From the IMG/VR virus record IMGVR_UViG_3300044678_000872, positions 1 to 61,563 of that record: a DNA stretch of 61,563 bases. One strand, 5' to 3'. This document shows, piece by piece, positions 18,817-29,212 of this stretch. The notes under the pieces were generated by a model that had not been told where the DNA came from, did no database searches, and saw only the letters and a program-made list of their open reading frames with translations. The number at the start of each line of letters is the position of its first letter. Position 1 is the first letter of the stretch. The DNA comes from a virus (lineage: Duplodnaviria > Caudoviricetes). A program made the translations under genes and the position numbers.

Positions 18817-21086
18817 GTGGATCCTATCCAAAAGTATTCGATACATCAACAAATCAATGGACAAATCTTCTTGATGAAAATTTTACAATAGATGCTATTG
18901 GTGGTATTACATCAGCAAGTCCTCAAGCAGATGATATTTTTAGATATGTTTCAGCATCTGGTGAATACATAAATACACCACTTGTTGCTGTTTTAGAAGG
19001 AAAGGATATATCAATAAATACTATTAATGCTGGTAGTGGATCGGTAGTCGGTAGTTTAATAATGGGAAGTGGGTCCGTATCTGGAAACTTATCTGTAGGA
19101 AGTACTTTAACAGTTGGTGGAGTATTAATTAGTGGCGGAGGAGGCTCTGGAAGTGTTAGCAATGAACAAATTCAAGACGGAGCAGCACCCTTATTTAATC
19201 ACGCATTTCATACTAACATAACAGCAACTTATGATGACGCAAATAACAGAGTTTTACTTTCAACTTCAGCAAGCCCAACAACAGAAAATATTCAAGATGT
19301 TGTTGCTCCATTATTAAACCATGCTTTTCATACTAACGTAACAGCAACTTACGATGACGCAAATAACAGAGTTTTACTTAATTCAACTGCAGCAAATACA
19401 ACAGAACAGATTCAAGACGCTGCAGCATTATTATTAGATCACGCGTTTCATACAAGAGTAACTGCAGTATATGACGATGTAAACAATAGGGTACTATTAA
19501 CATCTAGTGCATCAGCAACTATATCATCAGAAGACATTCAAGACGCAACATCACCTTTATTTGATCACGCTTTTCACACCAACATAACAGCAACCTATGA
19601 TGATGCAAACAATAGAATTTTACTAGCAGCAAGCCTACCATCTGGAACAACTGGACAAACTAATTTTTATGACGTTGTAAGAGATTATGCAGTTGTTGCT
19701 GGAGAAGCAAATTCAACAACTAAAATTCAAAATGCTTTAAATGCAGCAAGAGACGCGGGTAGTGGAATAGTTTACATTCCAGCAGGAACTTATAATTTAC
19801 AAAGTACTTTAAGAATATACACTGGAACAACACTATACTTAACCCCTAAAACAGTAATGTTTAGACAGTTTGCAGATACAGCAATGCTTGTTAATGGTGA
19901 CTCAGGTGCAAGTTATTCTGGATATTCTGGTCAAAGCAATATAAGGATTATTGGTGGTATTTGGGAATCAAGAGGACAGGCTTATCCAATTGATCCAGCC
20001 ATGGGTATTAGTATTGGTCATGCAACAGATGTAATTATTCAAGATTTAACTATATCAAATATTGGTGGATACCATGCTATTGAAATTAACTCTAGTAAAA
20101 ATGTTAGAATACAAAATTGTAGATTTGTTGGATATGTTAATACAGGAAGTCGTGGATATTCAGAAGCAATTCAGATTGATTTAGCAAAAAGTTCAGGAGT
20201 TTTTGGTGCATTTGGTTCATATGATAATACTCCTTGTGAAGATGTTATTATTCAAGGATGTTATTTTGGAGCATCTGGGACTGCTGGAACTACAGCGTGG
20301 GCAACTGGTATAGGAACACATAGTTATACAGCAACTTATTATCATAAATATTGTAAATTTATTGATAACACATTTGAAGGATTAACTGAATATGCTATTA
20401 GAACATTCAACATGTATAGTGATTTGCTCATTAGAGGAAATACAATTAAAAATTGTTTTGGTGGAATAGCAATAGGACCAGACGCTGGTGGAACTGAAGT
20501 TTCTCCTGGCATAACAGTAAACTATGCTGAGCCAGACGGTCCAGATATGCTTTTGTATGCAGATGGTCATACATCTTATAACATTACAATTGCAGACAAT
20601 ATTATTGACAATAGTGGAACTACAGGAACAAATGGTATATGGGTAATAGATGCAGAAAATGTGAATATAACAAATAATACGATTAAAGGTATAACTAGAT
20701 CTGGAAGTAATTTAGCAGACGGCATTCTTTTTGTTGGGGTAAAAAATGGAATAATATCTAATAATTTATTACAAGATATAGGAGACGATGGAATAGATCT
20801 TAGAGCAAGTTCTTTAAATATTCTGGTATCTAATAATGTTACTAGAAACGTATCTAAAACCACAAATAATACTTTTCGTCATATATACCTTAGTGAATCA
20901 ACTAGTAATTGTTCTATAATTGGAAATAGAGGGTATAGAAGCAGTGGAAATATAGCACTTAATGGACTTCATTTTACAGGTACTACAAGTGTTATAAAGT
21001 TTTTTGGAAATTTCTTTGGATCTTCTGCAACAAATGCAGTAAGTAATGCATCCACTGGATCAAGCGATTTAGCCACTAATGGCTAA
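18813..21086 (+). CDS. Tail spike/receptor-binding protein with right-handed beta-helix (pectate-lyase-like)
   Basis: IQNALNAARDAGSGIVYIPAGTY cap followed by many NIxIxNNxI repeats; four N-terminal tandem repeats. Confidence 0.85.
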   Translation: MSGSYPKVFDTSTNQWTNLLDENFTIDAIGGITSASPQADDIFRYVSASGEYINTPLVAVLEGKDISINTINAGSGSVVGSLIMGSGSVSGNLSVGSTLTVGGVLISGGGGSGSVSNEQIQDGAAPLFNHAFHTNITATYDDANNRVLLSTSASPTTENIQDVVAPLLNHAFHTNVTATYDDANNRVLLNSTAANTTEQIQDAAALLLDHAFHTRVTAVYDDVNNRVLLTSSASATISSEDIQDATSPLFDHAFHTNITATYDDANNRILLAASLPSGTTGQTNFYDVVRDYAVVAGEANSTTKIQNALNAARDAGSGIVYIPAGTYNLQSTLRIYTGTTLYLTPKTVMFRQFADTAMLVNGDSGASYSGYSGQSNIRIIGGIWESRGQAYPIDPAMGISIGHATDVIIQDLTISNIGGYHAIEINSSKNVRIQNCRFVGYVNTGSRGYSEAIQIDLAKSSGVFGAFGSYDNTPCEDVIIQGCYFGASGTAGTTAWATGIGTHSYTATYYHKYCKFIDNTFEGLTEYAIRTFNMYSDLLIRGNTIKNCFGGIAIGPDAGGTEVSPGITVNYAEPDGPDMLLYADGHTSYNITIADNIIDNSGTTGTNGIWVIDAENVNITNNTIKGITRSGSNLADGILFVGVKNGIISNNLLQDIGDDGIDLRASSLNILVSNNVTRNVSKTTNNTFRHIYLSESTSNCSIIGNRGYRSSGNIALNGLHFTGTTSVIKFFGNFFGSSATNAVSNASTGSSDLATNG
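19164..19626 (+). repeat. Four in-frame tandem repeats (about 40-43 aa period) in the tail spike
   Basis: Unit ExIQDxxxxL(F/L)(N/D)HAFHTx(I/V)TAxYDDxNNR(V/I)LL, four copies. Confidence 0.9.
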
Positions 21087-21106
21087 CATGATATACTGGA
21101 GGTATT

Positions 21107-21529
21107 ATGGCAGCAATATCACTACCTGAACGTGGACAACCACTAGACGTAAACTATATTTACGACATAGTAAGTCAGGTTAATTCTATTGAAAACAGAA
21201 TAGCGGTTAGAAACACGTCTGTTTCAAATATAAATGGTAATACTGATACCACAAGCAATCTTAGATTTTATGCACAACAACAGGCTTTAATTACAAGCGA
21301 ATCAAAAGCCAACACTACTGAAACAATTACGTTTACATATCCAGTGTTTAAGTTTGCCCCTGTTGTAACAGCAACAGTAGTAAACAGATCTGGATCAACC
21401 TATGGTGACGATGTTATATGCACCTTAAGAAATATAACAACTTCAACAGCGGCAGTAGTAGTTAGATTTAACTCTGCTGGAAAAGTTGACCTTTTGGTTA
21501 ACCTGGTAGCAGTGGGCATACCTAACTAA
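21107..21529 (+). CDS. Minor tail protein (H-type lectin-like C-terminus, putative)
   Basis: End of the tail module; FTYPVFKFAPVVTATV motif; SD GGAGG. Confidence 0.5.
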   Translation: MAAISLPERGQPLDVNYIYDIVSQVNSIENRIAVRNTSVSNINGNTDTTSNLRFYAQQQALITSESKANTTETITFTYPVFKFAPVVTATVVNRSGSTYGDDVICTLRNITTSTAAVVVRFNSAGKVDLLVNLVAVGIPN

Positions 21530-21550
21530 TTTATGATATACTTTTGAACC

Positions 21551-21769
21551 ATGGCACAAATAGTAAATCAAGAATATTTAATCTGTAGCAAATGCTCTGG
21601 CAGAATGCTAGTAGATAGAGTATTTCTATCTTATGATCATCTAGAGGTATACTGCTTGGTTTGTGGAAAAAGAGAGATGTTTAATCATCCAGATAAGCAT
21701 GGAGAAGTTCCAAGATGGATAATGAAAGTAGAGAAAGCCAGGTTAAAAATAACTGGCAACAGCCTATAA
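21551..21769 (+). CDS. Small zinc-ribbon protein
   Basis: CSKCSGRM...CLVCG; TGATATACT promoter just upstream. Confidence 0.65.
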   Translation: MAQIVNQEYLICSKCSGRMLVDRVFLSYDHLEVYCLVCGKREMFNHPDKHGEVPRWIMKVEKARLKITGNSL

Positions 21770-22260
21770 AGCCAAGTTCAAAGATATTTTTTTTAAATAA
21801 AGATATTGTTAGATTGGTACATACAAACAGGGCTAATAACATTTGTGTTGTATATAATTTTATAAAAGATAAAGAGCAAACCTTACTATATTCTGATTTT
21901 AAAAAGCATAGAAAAAAAGCATACACAGTTAAAAATATGTTAAAAATATTTGGTAGATCAAGAATACAACTAGAAAGATGGATTAAAAAAGAACTTGTTT
22001 TGCCCCCAACAGGTGCTGTAGTTGGAGGAAAAAGAGTATTTGGAGAAATGGCATATTATTCAGAAGAAGACATCTTTACAATTCGTGATGTTCTTGCTAC
22101 AATACATACAGGAAGACCAAGGAAAGATGGAAGAATTAATTCAAGAAAAAATGTTCCTACAGAAAAGGACTTGCGTTCTTTGCTTGGAGATGCTATGATG
22201 TTATATACCAAAACAAAAAGTGGGGAATTTATCCCTATTTGGACAGAAGAAACGTGGTGA
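21715..22260 (+). CDS. DNA-binding protein (MerR-like HTH, putative)
   Basis: YTVKNMLKIFGRSRIQLERWIKK...YYSEEDI pattern. Confidence 0.55.
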   Translation: MDNESRESQVKNNWQQPIKPSSKIFFLNKDIVRLVHTNRANNICVVYNFIKDKEQTLLYSDFKKHRKKAYTVKNMLKIFGRSRIQLERWIKKELVLPPTGAVVGGKRVFGEMAYYSEEDIFTIRDVLATIHTGRPRKDGRINSRKNVPTEKDLRSLLGDAMMLYTKTKSGEFIPIWTEETW

Positions 22261-22263
22261 ATT

Positions 22264-22464
22264 ATGTCTGACAAGACAACGGTATCGGTAACACTTGGTT
22301 ATACTTTAAATTTAGGAAATTTTCAAAGTTTGAGACTAGATCTAGGATGCACTGACTTCCTTCGTGAAGGCGAAGATGAAGACAAGGCTATGGAAAGAGT
22401 ATATAACTTTATTGAAAATAAACTAGTTAATAAAATTGAGGAAGCCAAGAAAGAACTAGAGTAG
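22264..22464 (+). CDS. Hypothetical protein
   Basis: VTLGYTLNLGNFQSLRLD; coupled in the operon. Confidence 0.65.
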   Translation: MSDKTTVSVTLGYTLNLGNFQSLRLDLGCTDFLREGEDEDKAMERVYNFIENKLVNKIEEAKKELE

Positions 22465-22769
22465 TGGCACAGAAGCAATTACGACATGCATTACTTACAA
22501 GATATAAAAAATTGGCTATTTCTAATAGCATTGATTCTAATATTAATATTCACATAGAGCAGTGGGCTGCCGATTCTTTAATTGAGTCATATGGTTTAGA
22601 TATGTGCTATGAGTTGTTAGATTATTATTTTAGAATATCAGAGACTCCTAGTTGGAAATGGTTTGCTAATAACGCAGATAAGTTATACAAGAACTTGCAA
22701 GGTAAGAAAGAAGATGATAGAATTAGGACAGTACTTCGTGAACAAGCAAAAGATTGGTTAAATAAATAA
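22464..22769 (+). CDS. Hypothetical protein (possible helicase loader)
   Basis: Coupled directly upstream of the DnaB-like helicase; function from position only. Confidence 0.5.
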   Translation: MAQKQLRHALLTRYKKLAISNSIDSNINIHIEQWAADSLIESYGLDMCYELLDYYFRISETPSWKWFANNADKLYKNLQGKKEDDRIRTVLREQAKDWLNK

Positions 22770-23995
22770 TGTCAGCAGAATTAGAAGGTAAAGTATTATC
22801 TGCTGTATTAAAAGATAAACAAGTACACATATTATTACAAGCAAATCCAGATGCTTTGTTTAAAACCCATAAAGATGTTTGGGATTTTATTAGAACATAT
22901 CAAGAACAAAATAGTACAGTTCCGCCAATTAATTTGGTAATAGAAAAATTTAGAGATTTTAATCCTCTTGGAGAAATTGGTGGTACAAAACACCATTTAG
23001 AAGAATTAAGAACAGAACATTTACAAAGTAGTTTAAGTAATGTACTCATGGATACAGCGGGAAAGTTAAAGTTAAATCAGCCAGTAGAAGCATTAAATAG
23101 TATTATTTCTAAAACTGCTGATCTAAAAAGAATTACTGCAGAAATTAGAGACATTGATGCTGTAGATGTAGATGATGCTGTAGCATATTATGAGCACGTA
23201 AAGGAGATGCATGATAAAGGTATTCACGGTATTCAAACAGGGCTTGCAGGTTTTGACAACTATCTTCCTGCGGGTATTACTGCTGGTCAGTTTGGCATTC
23301 TTCTTGCTTATCCTGCTATTGGTAAGTCTTGGCTCGCACTTTTTATGGCTGTTCAAGCATGGAAGAATGGAAGAAAACCATTATTTATCTCGTTAGAAAT
23401 GACAGAGTCAGAGGTTCGTAATCGTGCTTATACAATTATGGGTCAAGGAATGTGGTCTCATAGAAAACTAAGTTCTGGAATTGTAGATACTGAATCATTT
23501 AAGAATTGGGGAAAGACTCACTTAGAAAGAATGCCATCATTTCACATTGTTTCTAATGATGGACTAGGAGAAGTGTCTCCATCAATTTTGCGGGGTAAGA
23601 TAGATCAATATAATCCTGATATAGTATTCGTTGACTATATTCAATTAATGCAATCAAATAATTATACTGATAATGAAGTAGTAAAAATTAAAAATATATC
23701 TAGAGAATTAAAGATCCTTGCTATATCTGCACAGGTTCCTATAGTTGCAATTGCTTCTGCTACCCCAGATGATGCTACAGACATGTATACAGTTCCGTCA
23801 TTAGGGCAGGTAGCCTGGTCTAGACAGTTAGCCTATGATGCTGATTGGGTATTGGCATTAGGTCGTGCAGCAGGAAGTAGTATTTTAGAGTGCGTATTTA
23901 GAAAGAATAGGCATGGATTTTGTGGAGATTTTATGATTGATATTGATTTTGATAGCGGTAGGTTTATGTATAAAGATAATGAGCCTTCTTCATAA
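22769..23995 (+). CDS. dnaB: Replicative DNA helicase, DnaB-like
   Basis: Walker A AYPAIGKS, FISLEM, Walker B VFVDYIQLM, DAD, KNRHG. Confidence 0.93.
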   Translation: MSAELEGKVLSAVLKDKQVHILLQANPDALFKTHKDVWDFIRTYQEQNSTVPPINLVIEKFRDFNPLGEIGGTKHHLEELRTEHLQSSLSNVLMDTAGKLKLNQPVEALNSIISKTADLKRITAEIRDIDAVDVDDAVAYYEHVKEMHDKGIHGIQTGLAGFDNYLPAGITAGQFGILLAYPAIGKSWLALFMAVQAWKNGRKPLFISLEMTESEVRNRAYTIMGQGMWSHRKLSSGIVDTESFKNWGKTHLERMPSFHIVSNDGLGEVSPSILRGKIDQYNPDIVFVDYIQLMQSNNYTDNEVVKIKNISRELKILAISAQVPIVAIASATPDDATDMYTVPSLGQVAWSRQLAYDADWVLALGRAAGSSILECVFRKNRHGFCGDFMIDIDFDSGRFMYKDNEPSS

Positions 23996-24002
23996 ATAAC
24001 GT

Positions 24003-24011
24003 TGATATAAT
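24003..24011 (+). promoter_or_regulatory. Extended -10 promoter for a leaderless mRNA
   Basis: TGATATAAT, 6 nt, then ATG 24018; no SD. Confidence 0.65.
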
Positions 24012-24017
24012 TATGGT

Positions 24018-24332
24018 ATGTCGTATAGCCATAAAAAAATACAACAGTTTTACTTAGAAGGTGAAATCTTTGATGATTCTCATATCTCTAGGTTAAAAGA
24101 TCAATATGTATTTATGCTTGTAAACGGCATGAGAAGTAAAGGATATGTTCCTAGATATGATATTGACACAGACTTTACTATAAGTTATAATGGTAAGACA
24201 TTTGATTTTAAATTATCAGTTTATGGGGTTTATGTTGGAAAGGTTAAAGCAAAATGCATTCTAGGCATAGACAAAAATACGACAATAATGTTGAATACTA
24301 CACAGAAACTCAGATCAGAAGAAGTCTTTTAG
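24018..24332 (+). CDS. Hypothetical protein
   Basis: 104-aa ORF between helicase and primase, with its own promoter. Confidence 0.65.
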   Translation: MSYSHKKIQQFYLEGEIFDDSHISRLKDQYVFMLVNGMRSKGYVPRYDIDTDFTISYNGKTFDFKLSVYGVYVGKVKAKCILGIDKNTTIMLNTTQKLRSEEVF

Positions 24333-25207
24333 CCTCTGGCATAGAGATAGTTTCAGAAGTAGATATAGACTTTATTATATTTTGTCCATTTCATAATAAC
24401 TCAAGAACACCTGCTGGAGAAATTCACAAAACAAACGGAATGTTTTATTGCTTTGCTTGTCAGGAAACTAAAGAACTAACAGAAGTTATAATGCAAGCCT
24501 CTGGTAGATCATACTTTGAAGCAGCAAGACTTATAGACTCTAAGTCTGATAATAAAAATTTAGTTGAGGTATTGCAAGAAACATTAGATAAGATTGTAGA
24601 GTTTCAAGAGTATGATTTATCTATGATAGAAAGATTAAATGAGAATGCTTTAAACTCTAGTAGAGCAGCAACATATTATAAGTCTAGGAAGATAACTAAA
24701 GATAGTGTATTAAAATATAAACTTGGATTTTCAGAAAAACAAGATATGGTTACTATACCTGTTTATTCTCCAGATGGATTATGTTTAGGGTTTGTTGGAA
24801 GATCCATAGAGGGAAAAGTTTTTAAAAATACTCCTGGTCTTCCTAAAAGTAAAACTTTATTTAATTTACAAAGGGCAAAAAGACACGATAAGGTTTTTGT
24901 TGTAGAGTCTTCATTTGATGCTATTAGACTAGAGCAAGTAGGGGTGCATGCAGTAGCAACACTTGGAGCAACAATATCTAAAGAACAAAGAAAACTTTTA
25001 AAACAATATTTTAATCAGGTTATTGTTTTAGGAGATAATGATGAGGCTGGACAAAATATGTCTAAAAAAATGATATCTTTTTTTGGATCAGGATGCATAG
25101 CACCAACGCTTCCAGAGGGAATAAAAGATGTGTCAGATTTATCAGACGAAGATTTAAAAAACTTTGTAAATAGATTTGACGACATGCTGTCCACTGTGCT
25201 ACAATAA
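24254..25207 (+). CDS. dnaG: DNA primase (CHC2 zinc finger + TOPRIM)
   Basis: CPFH...CFAC, VVESSFDA, VATLG, LGDNDEAG. Confidence 0.92.
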   Translation: MHSRHRQKYDNNVEYYTETQIRRSLLASGIEIVSEVDIDFIIFCPFHNNSRTPAGEIHKTNGMFYCFACQETKELTEVIMQASGRSYFEAARLIDSKSDNKNLVEVLQETLDKIVEFQEYDLSMIERLNENALNSSRAATYYKSRKITKDSVLKYKLGFSEKQDMVTIPVYSPDGLCLGFVGRSIEGKVFKNTPGLPKSKTLFNLQRAKRHDKVFVVESSFDAIRLEQVGVHAVATLGATISKEQRKLLKQYFNQVIVLGDNDEAGQNMSKKMISFFGSGCIAPTLPEGIKDVSDLSDEDLKNFVNRFDDMLSTVLQ

Positions 25208-25248
25208 TATAACGCTCATATACAGAGCAAATACTAAGGAGAAAAAGT

Positions 25249-25899
25249 ATGTCAATTATTAAAGGGTTAAAGAATATCGAAGCAGTTATTGATAAACCAA
25301 AATCAAATGCTTCAGGAGAAAAAGTAACTTGGCTTAAGTTAGAAGATGGTCAAAGTTCTCAAATAAGATTCGTTAGCGAATTAGATGCAGACTCCCCACA
25401 CTATGAAGAAAAGCGTGGCGTTGCAATTGTTGTAAGTGAACACTCAAATCCAGATGACTATAAACGTAAAGCAGCATGTACTGCTGATACACAAGGTCGT
25501 TGTTTTGGATGTGAAATGTTTAGAAAGAATCCAAAAGGTGGTTGGAGAGCACGTCTTCGTTTCTACTGTAACGTATTAGTAGATAATGGAATTGATGCAC
25601 CTCATATTGCTGTTTGGAGTATGGGTGTAAGCAAGGCTGCAACATTTAACACAATTAGAGAATACATGTCAGATTCAACCAGTATCTCAAATATGGTTTG
25701 GAAATTAAAAAGAAATGGAAAAGGAACAGAAACAAATTATGTTCTACTTCCAATGAAACAAGATTCAGAACCATTTAACTGGGGATCATATGAATACCCT
25801 AATCTTGAAAAAGTTGTTAGAGAAGTTCCGTATGCAGAACAAGAAAACTTCTTTATTGGCTTTAGTAATGAAGCAACCTCAGCGTCTGTTGACTGGTAA
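25249..25899 (+). CDS. Single-stranded DNA-binding protein (gp32-like, putative)
   Basis: WLKLEDGQ..QIRF, Zn ligands H..C..CFGC, KRNGKGTETNY; acidic/aromatic C-terminus; promoter TTGACG-18-TACAAT upstream. Confidence 0.7.
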   Translation: MSIIKGLKNIEAVIDKPKSNASGEKVTWLKLEDGQSSQIRFVSELDADSPHYEEKRGVAIVVSEHSNPDDYKRKAACTADTQGRCFGCEMFRKNPKGGWRARLRFYCNVLVDNGIDAPHIAVWSMGVSKAATFNTIREYMSDSTSISNMVWKLKRNGKGTETNYVLLPMKQDSEPFNWGSYEYPNLEKVVREVPYAEQENFFIGFSNEATSASVDW

Positions 25900-25918
25900 G
25901 TAACTGAAAGGCTATGGC

Positions 25919-28900
25919 TTGAATTACGTTCCTTTACACGTTCATACACACTATTCATTAATGGATGGTGTTGCAACTCCAGAAGAGTATTGTAAACGTG
26001 CAAAACAAAACGGCATGACAGCCATAGCCATTACAGATCATGGTGCACTATCTGGACATCGTCCTATGTATCGTGCTGCAAAAGAGCAGGGTATAAAGCC
26101 AATCCTTGGCATAGAAGGATATATTACTAATGATAGATTTGATCAAAGAGATAAAAAAGCAAGAGCAGGAGATCCTTTAGATTTAGTTTACAATCATATT
26201 GTTATTCTTGCTAAGAATCAACAAGGGTTAGAAAATTTAAATAGATTAAATGAAATAGGTTGGACAGAAGGATTTTATAAAAAACCTAGAATTGATTTTG
26301 AAGTATTAGAAAAACACAAAGAAGGCTTGATTGTTCTATCAGCCTGCATGTCTGGTCTTATTGCGAAGGCTTTAGAGTTTAAAGAATATGCTGTTGCAAA
26401 AAAACATCTTAAGTGGTTTAAAGAAGTTTTTGGTGAAGATTTTTATGTTGAATTAATGCCTCACAATTCTAAAGAACTTAATAATGAATTATTAGAACTA
26501 GCAGACTCTATGGATATAAAGTCTGTAGTTACACCAGACTGTCATCACGCAAGTACAGATCAAAAAATAATTCAAGAAATTATGTTGTTGTTAAACACTC
26601 ATGCAAAACTACAAAAAGATGCTAAGTTTGAAAAGTCTCAAAAGATAGACAATGTTATGAAACGTTTAGACTATTTGTATGGTGAAGATAGACCAATGTC
26701 TTTTAGATCTTTTGACATACACCTACTTTCATATGATGAAATGAAGCAGGCTATGAATATGCAGGGTATAACTAGAGAAGATATATATACTAACACTTTA
26801 GATATAGCAGATAAGATAGAAGATTATGATATTAAATCTGGATTAGATTTATTGCCTACAAAAATAGATAATCCTCATATGGGATTAGTAGATTTAGCAT
26901 TAAAAGGTTTAACAGAAAAAGGATTATATGATATTCCAGAGTATAGAGAAAGAATGCAAGAAGAGTTAGATATCATTAGAGATAAAAATTTTTCTCCTTA
27001 TTTTTTAATTGTAAGTAATATGCTTAACTGGGCAAAGAGCCAAGGAATTTTAGTAGGTCCAGGTCGTGGATCGGCTGCTGGTTCTTTAGTTTGCTATGCA
27101 CTTGGAATAACAGATATTGATCCAATAAAGTATGGTCTTTTGTTTTTTAGATTTGTTAACCCAGATAGAAATGATTTTCCAGATATTGATTCTGATATTG
27201 CAGATAATAGAAGAGATGAACTTAAAATGTATCTTGAGTCTCAATATCAAAATGTAGCATCTATTGCAACATTCTTAATGTTTAAAGGAAAGGGTGTAGT
27301 AAGAGATGTTTCTAGAGCATTCAATATACCTTTGTCAGAAGTAAATAAGGTTTTAAAAACTGTTGACGATTGGGATGATTTTATAAAATCTAAAAATGCT
27401 CAATGGTTTAGATTAAAATACCCAGATGTTGTTAAGTATGGAGAGCAGTTGCGTGGTCGAATTAGAGGTACAGGAATTCATGCTGCTGGTGTTGTGACAG
27501 CAAAAGAACCTATTTTTAAATATGCACCACTTGAAACTAGATCATCACCTGGAAGTAAAGAAAGAATTCCAGTAGTTGCTGTTGATATGGAAGAGGTAGC
27601 AGATATTGGTTTGATTAAACTAGATGTTTTAGGATTAAAAACTTTAACTGTTATTGATGATACATTAAAAGTAATTAAAAAAAGACATAAGATAAATATT
27701 GATTTAAAAGAAATTCCATTAGATGATCCTAAAGTTTATGAAATGCTTTCTGATGGAAGAACAAAAGGAGTGTTTCAATGTGAAGCAACTCCTTATACAA
27801 ACCTATTAGTTAAAATGGGTGTAAATAATTTAGACGAATTGGCTGCCTCTAATGCACTTGTTAGACCAGGAGCAATGAATACAATTGGTAAATCATATCT
27901 TGCAAGAAAGCATGGTAGAGAAATAACAGAATACATTCATCCTATTATGCAAAATTTTACTAAAGATACATATGGTTGTGTTTTATATCAAGAACAAGTT
28001 ATGCAGGCTTGTGTTTATCTTGGTGGCATGACAATGTCAGAAGCAGACAAGGTACGTAAGATTATTGGTAAGAAAAAAGATGCAAAAGAATTTGATGAAT
28101 TTAAAGACAGATTTGTCACTGGTGCATCAAAACATATTACCCCATTCAAAGCAGAGGGTCTATGGCACGATTTTGAGGCACATGCAGGCTATTCATTTAA
28201 TAAGTCACACGCAGTTGCTTACTCAACTTTATCATACTGGACTGCTTGGTTAAAGTACTACTACGGTATTGAGTTTATGTATTCTTTATTAAAAAATGAA
28301 CAAGATAAAGATGCTAGAACAGAATATCTAATTGAGGCAAAGCGAATGGGAATTGCATTAAAGTTACCACATATTAATGAATCTGATAGTGATTTTAAGA
28401 TCGAGGGTAAAGGAATAAGAATAGGACTATCTGCTATCAAGTGGATATCAGATGGAATATCTTCTAAGATCATAGATAAAAGACCTTTTGAAACATATAA
28501 ACAATTTTCAGATTTTGTTTTTACAAAAGGTAGTGGTGTAAACTCAAGAGCAATTGCAGCACTTAACGCAGTAGGAGCATTAACATTTCCTGATAACACA
28601 AGGGATGAAGTTTCTATTAGAGAAAATTTATATGAGTATTTAAATTTGCCAGAATTTAAAACAACAGTTCCACAACATTACTATGCATATATAGATGACG
28701 TAGAAGATTTTGATGAGGTTGGTGTATTTATTTTAATGGGAGTAATTAAAAATATTAAAAGAGGAAAGGGTTGGTCTCGTGTAGAAATAATGGATGCAAC
28801 AGGAATGCTTGGTATATTTGATGATGAAGATACAAAAATTGAACCAGGTAAAACATATATTTTAGCAGTAGCAAATAATAGAATTATGGAAGCAGTTCCT

Positions 28901-29200
28901 GTAGATGAAGTTAAAGATTCATTGAGCAATCCATTAATTAAATTCTTAAATTATAAAACACTTCCCTATAGCGGAGAAGAGTATTATGTGCTATCATTTA
29001 AACCTAGAACAACAAAAGCAGGAAAGAAAATGGCTAACATGATAGTTGCAGATACAAGTAGAGATATGAAATCAATAGTTATATTTCCAGCAAAATATTC
29101 AGAAGGCTTTATGAAGTGTGAGCCAGGTAAGGCTAAAAAGATGACTTTTGAAACAGCAAAAGATGGAACAGAAGTCCTAAGAGAAGTTATAAACGGATAG
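25919..29200 (+). CDS. dnaE: DNA polymerase III alpha subunit (family C)
   Basis: PHP HVHTHYSLMDG/TDHG, GPGRGSAAGS, FPDIDSD, KLDVLGL, YSFNKSHA. Confidence 0.97.
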   Translation: MNYVPLHVHTHYSLMDGVATPEEYCKRAKQNGMTAIAITDHGALSGHRPMYRAAKEQGIKPILGIEGYITNDRFDQRDKKARAGDPLDLVYNHIVILAKNQQGLENLNRLNEIGWTEGFYKKPRIDFEVLEKHKEGLIVLSACMSGLIAKALEFKEYAVAKKHLKWFKEVFGEDFYVELMPHNSKELNNELLELADSMDIKSVVTPDCHHASTDQKIIQEIMLLLNTHAKLQKDAKFEKSQKIDNVMKRLDYLYGEDRPMSFRSFDIHLLSYDEMKQAMNMQGITREDIYTNTLDIADKIEDYDIKSGLDLLPTKIDNPHMGLVDLALKGLTEKGLYDIPEYRERMQEELDIIRDKNFSPYFLIVSNMLNWAKSQGILVGPGRGSAAGSLVCYALGITDIDPIKYGLLFFRFVNPDRNDFPDIDSDIADNRRDELKMYLESQYQNVASIATFLMFKGKGVVRDVSRAFNIPLSEVNKVLKTVDDWDDFIKSKNAQWFRLKYPDVVKYGEQLRGRIRGTGIHAAGVVTAKEPIFKYAPLETRSSPGSKERIPVVAVDMEEVADIGLIKLDVLGLKTLTVIDDTLKVIKKRHKINIDLKEIPLDDPKVYEMLSDGRTKGVFQCEATPYTNLLVKMGVNNLDELAASNALVRPGAMNTIGKSYLARKHGREITEYIHPIMQNFTKDTYGCVLYQEQVMQACVYLGGMTMSEADKVRKIIGKKKDAKEFDEFKDRFVTGASKHITPFKAEGLWHDFEAHAGYSFNKSHAVAYSTLSYWTAWLKYYYGIEFMYSLLKNEQDKDARTEYLIEAKRMGIALKLPHINESDSDFKIEGKGIRIGLSAIKWISDGISSKIIDKRPFETYKQFSDFVFTKGSGVNSRAIAALNAVGALTFPDNTRDEVSIRENLYEYLNLPEFKTTVPQHYYAYIDDVEDFDEVGVFILMGVIKNIKRGKGWSRVEIMDATGMLGIFDDEDTKIEPGKTYILAVANNRIMEAVPVDEVKDSLSNPLIKFLNYKTLPYSGEEYYVLSFKPRTTKAGKKMANMIVADTSRDMKSIVIFPAKYSEGFMKCEPGKAKKMTFETAKDGTEVLREVING

Positions 29201-29212
29201 AAAGATAGGTAT

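Noticed and set aside
19164-19626. Possible CRISPR array or DGR template/variable repeats
   Set aside because: The repeats are in-frame protein repeats with synonymous variation; there are no spacers, no adenine-specific pattern and no reverse transcriptase in the window
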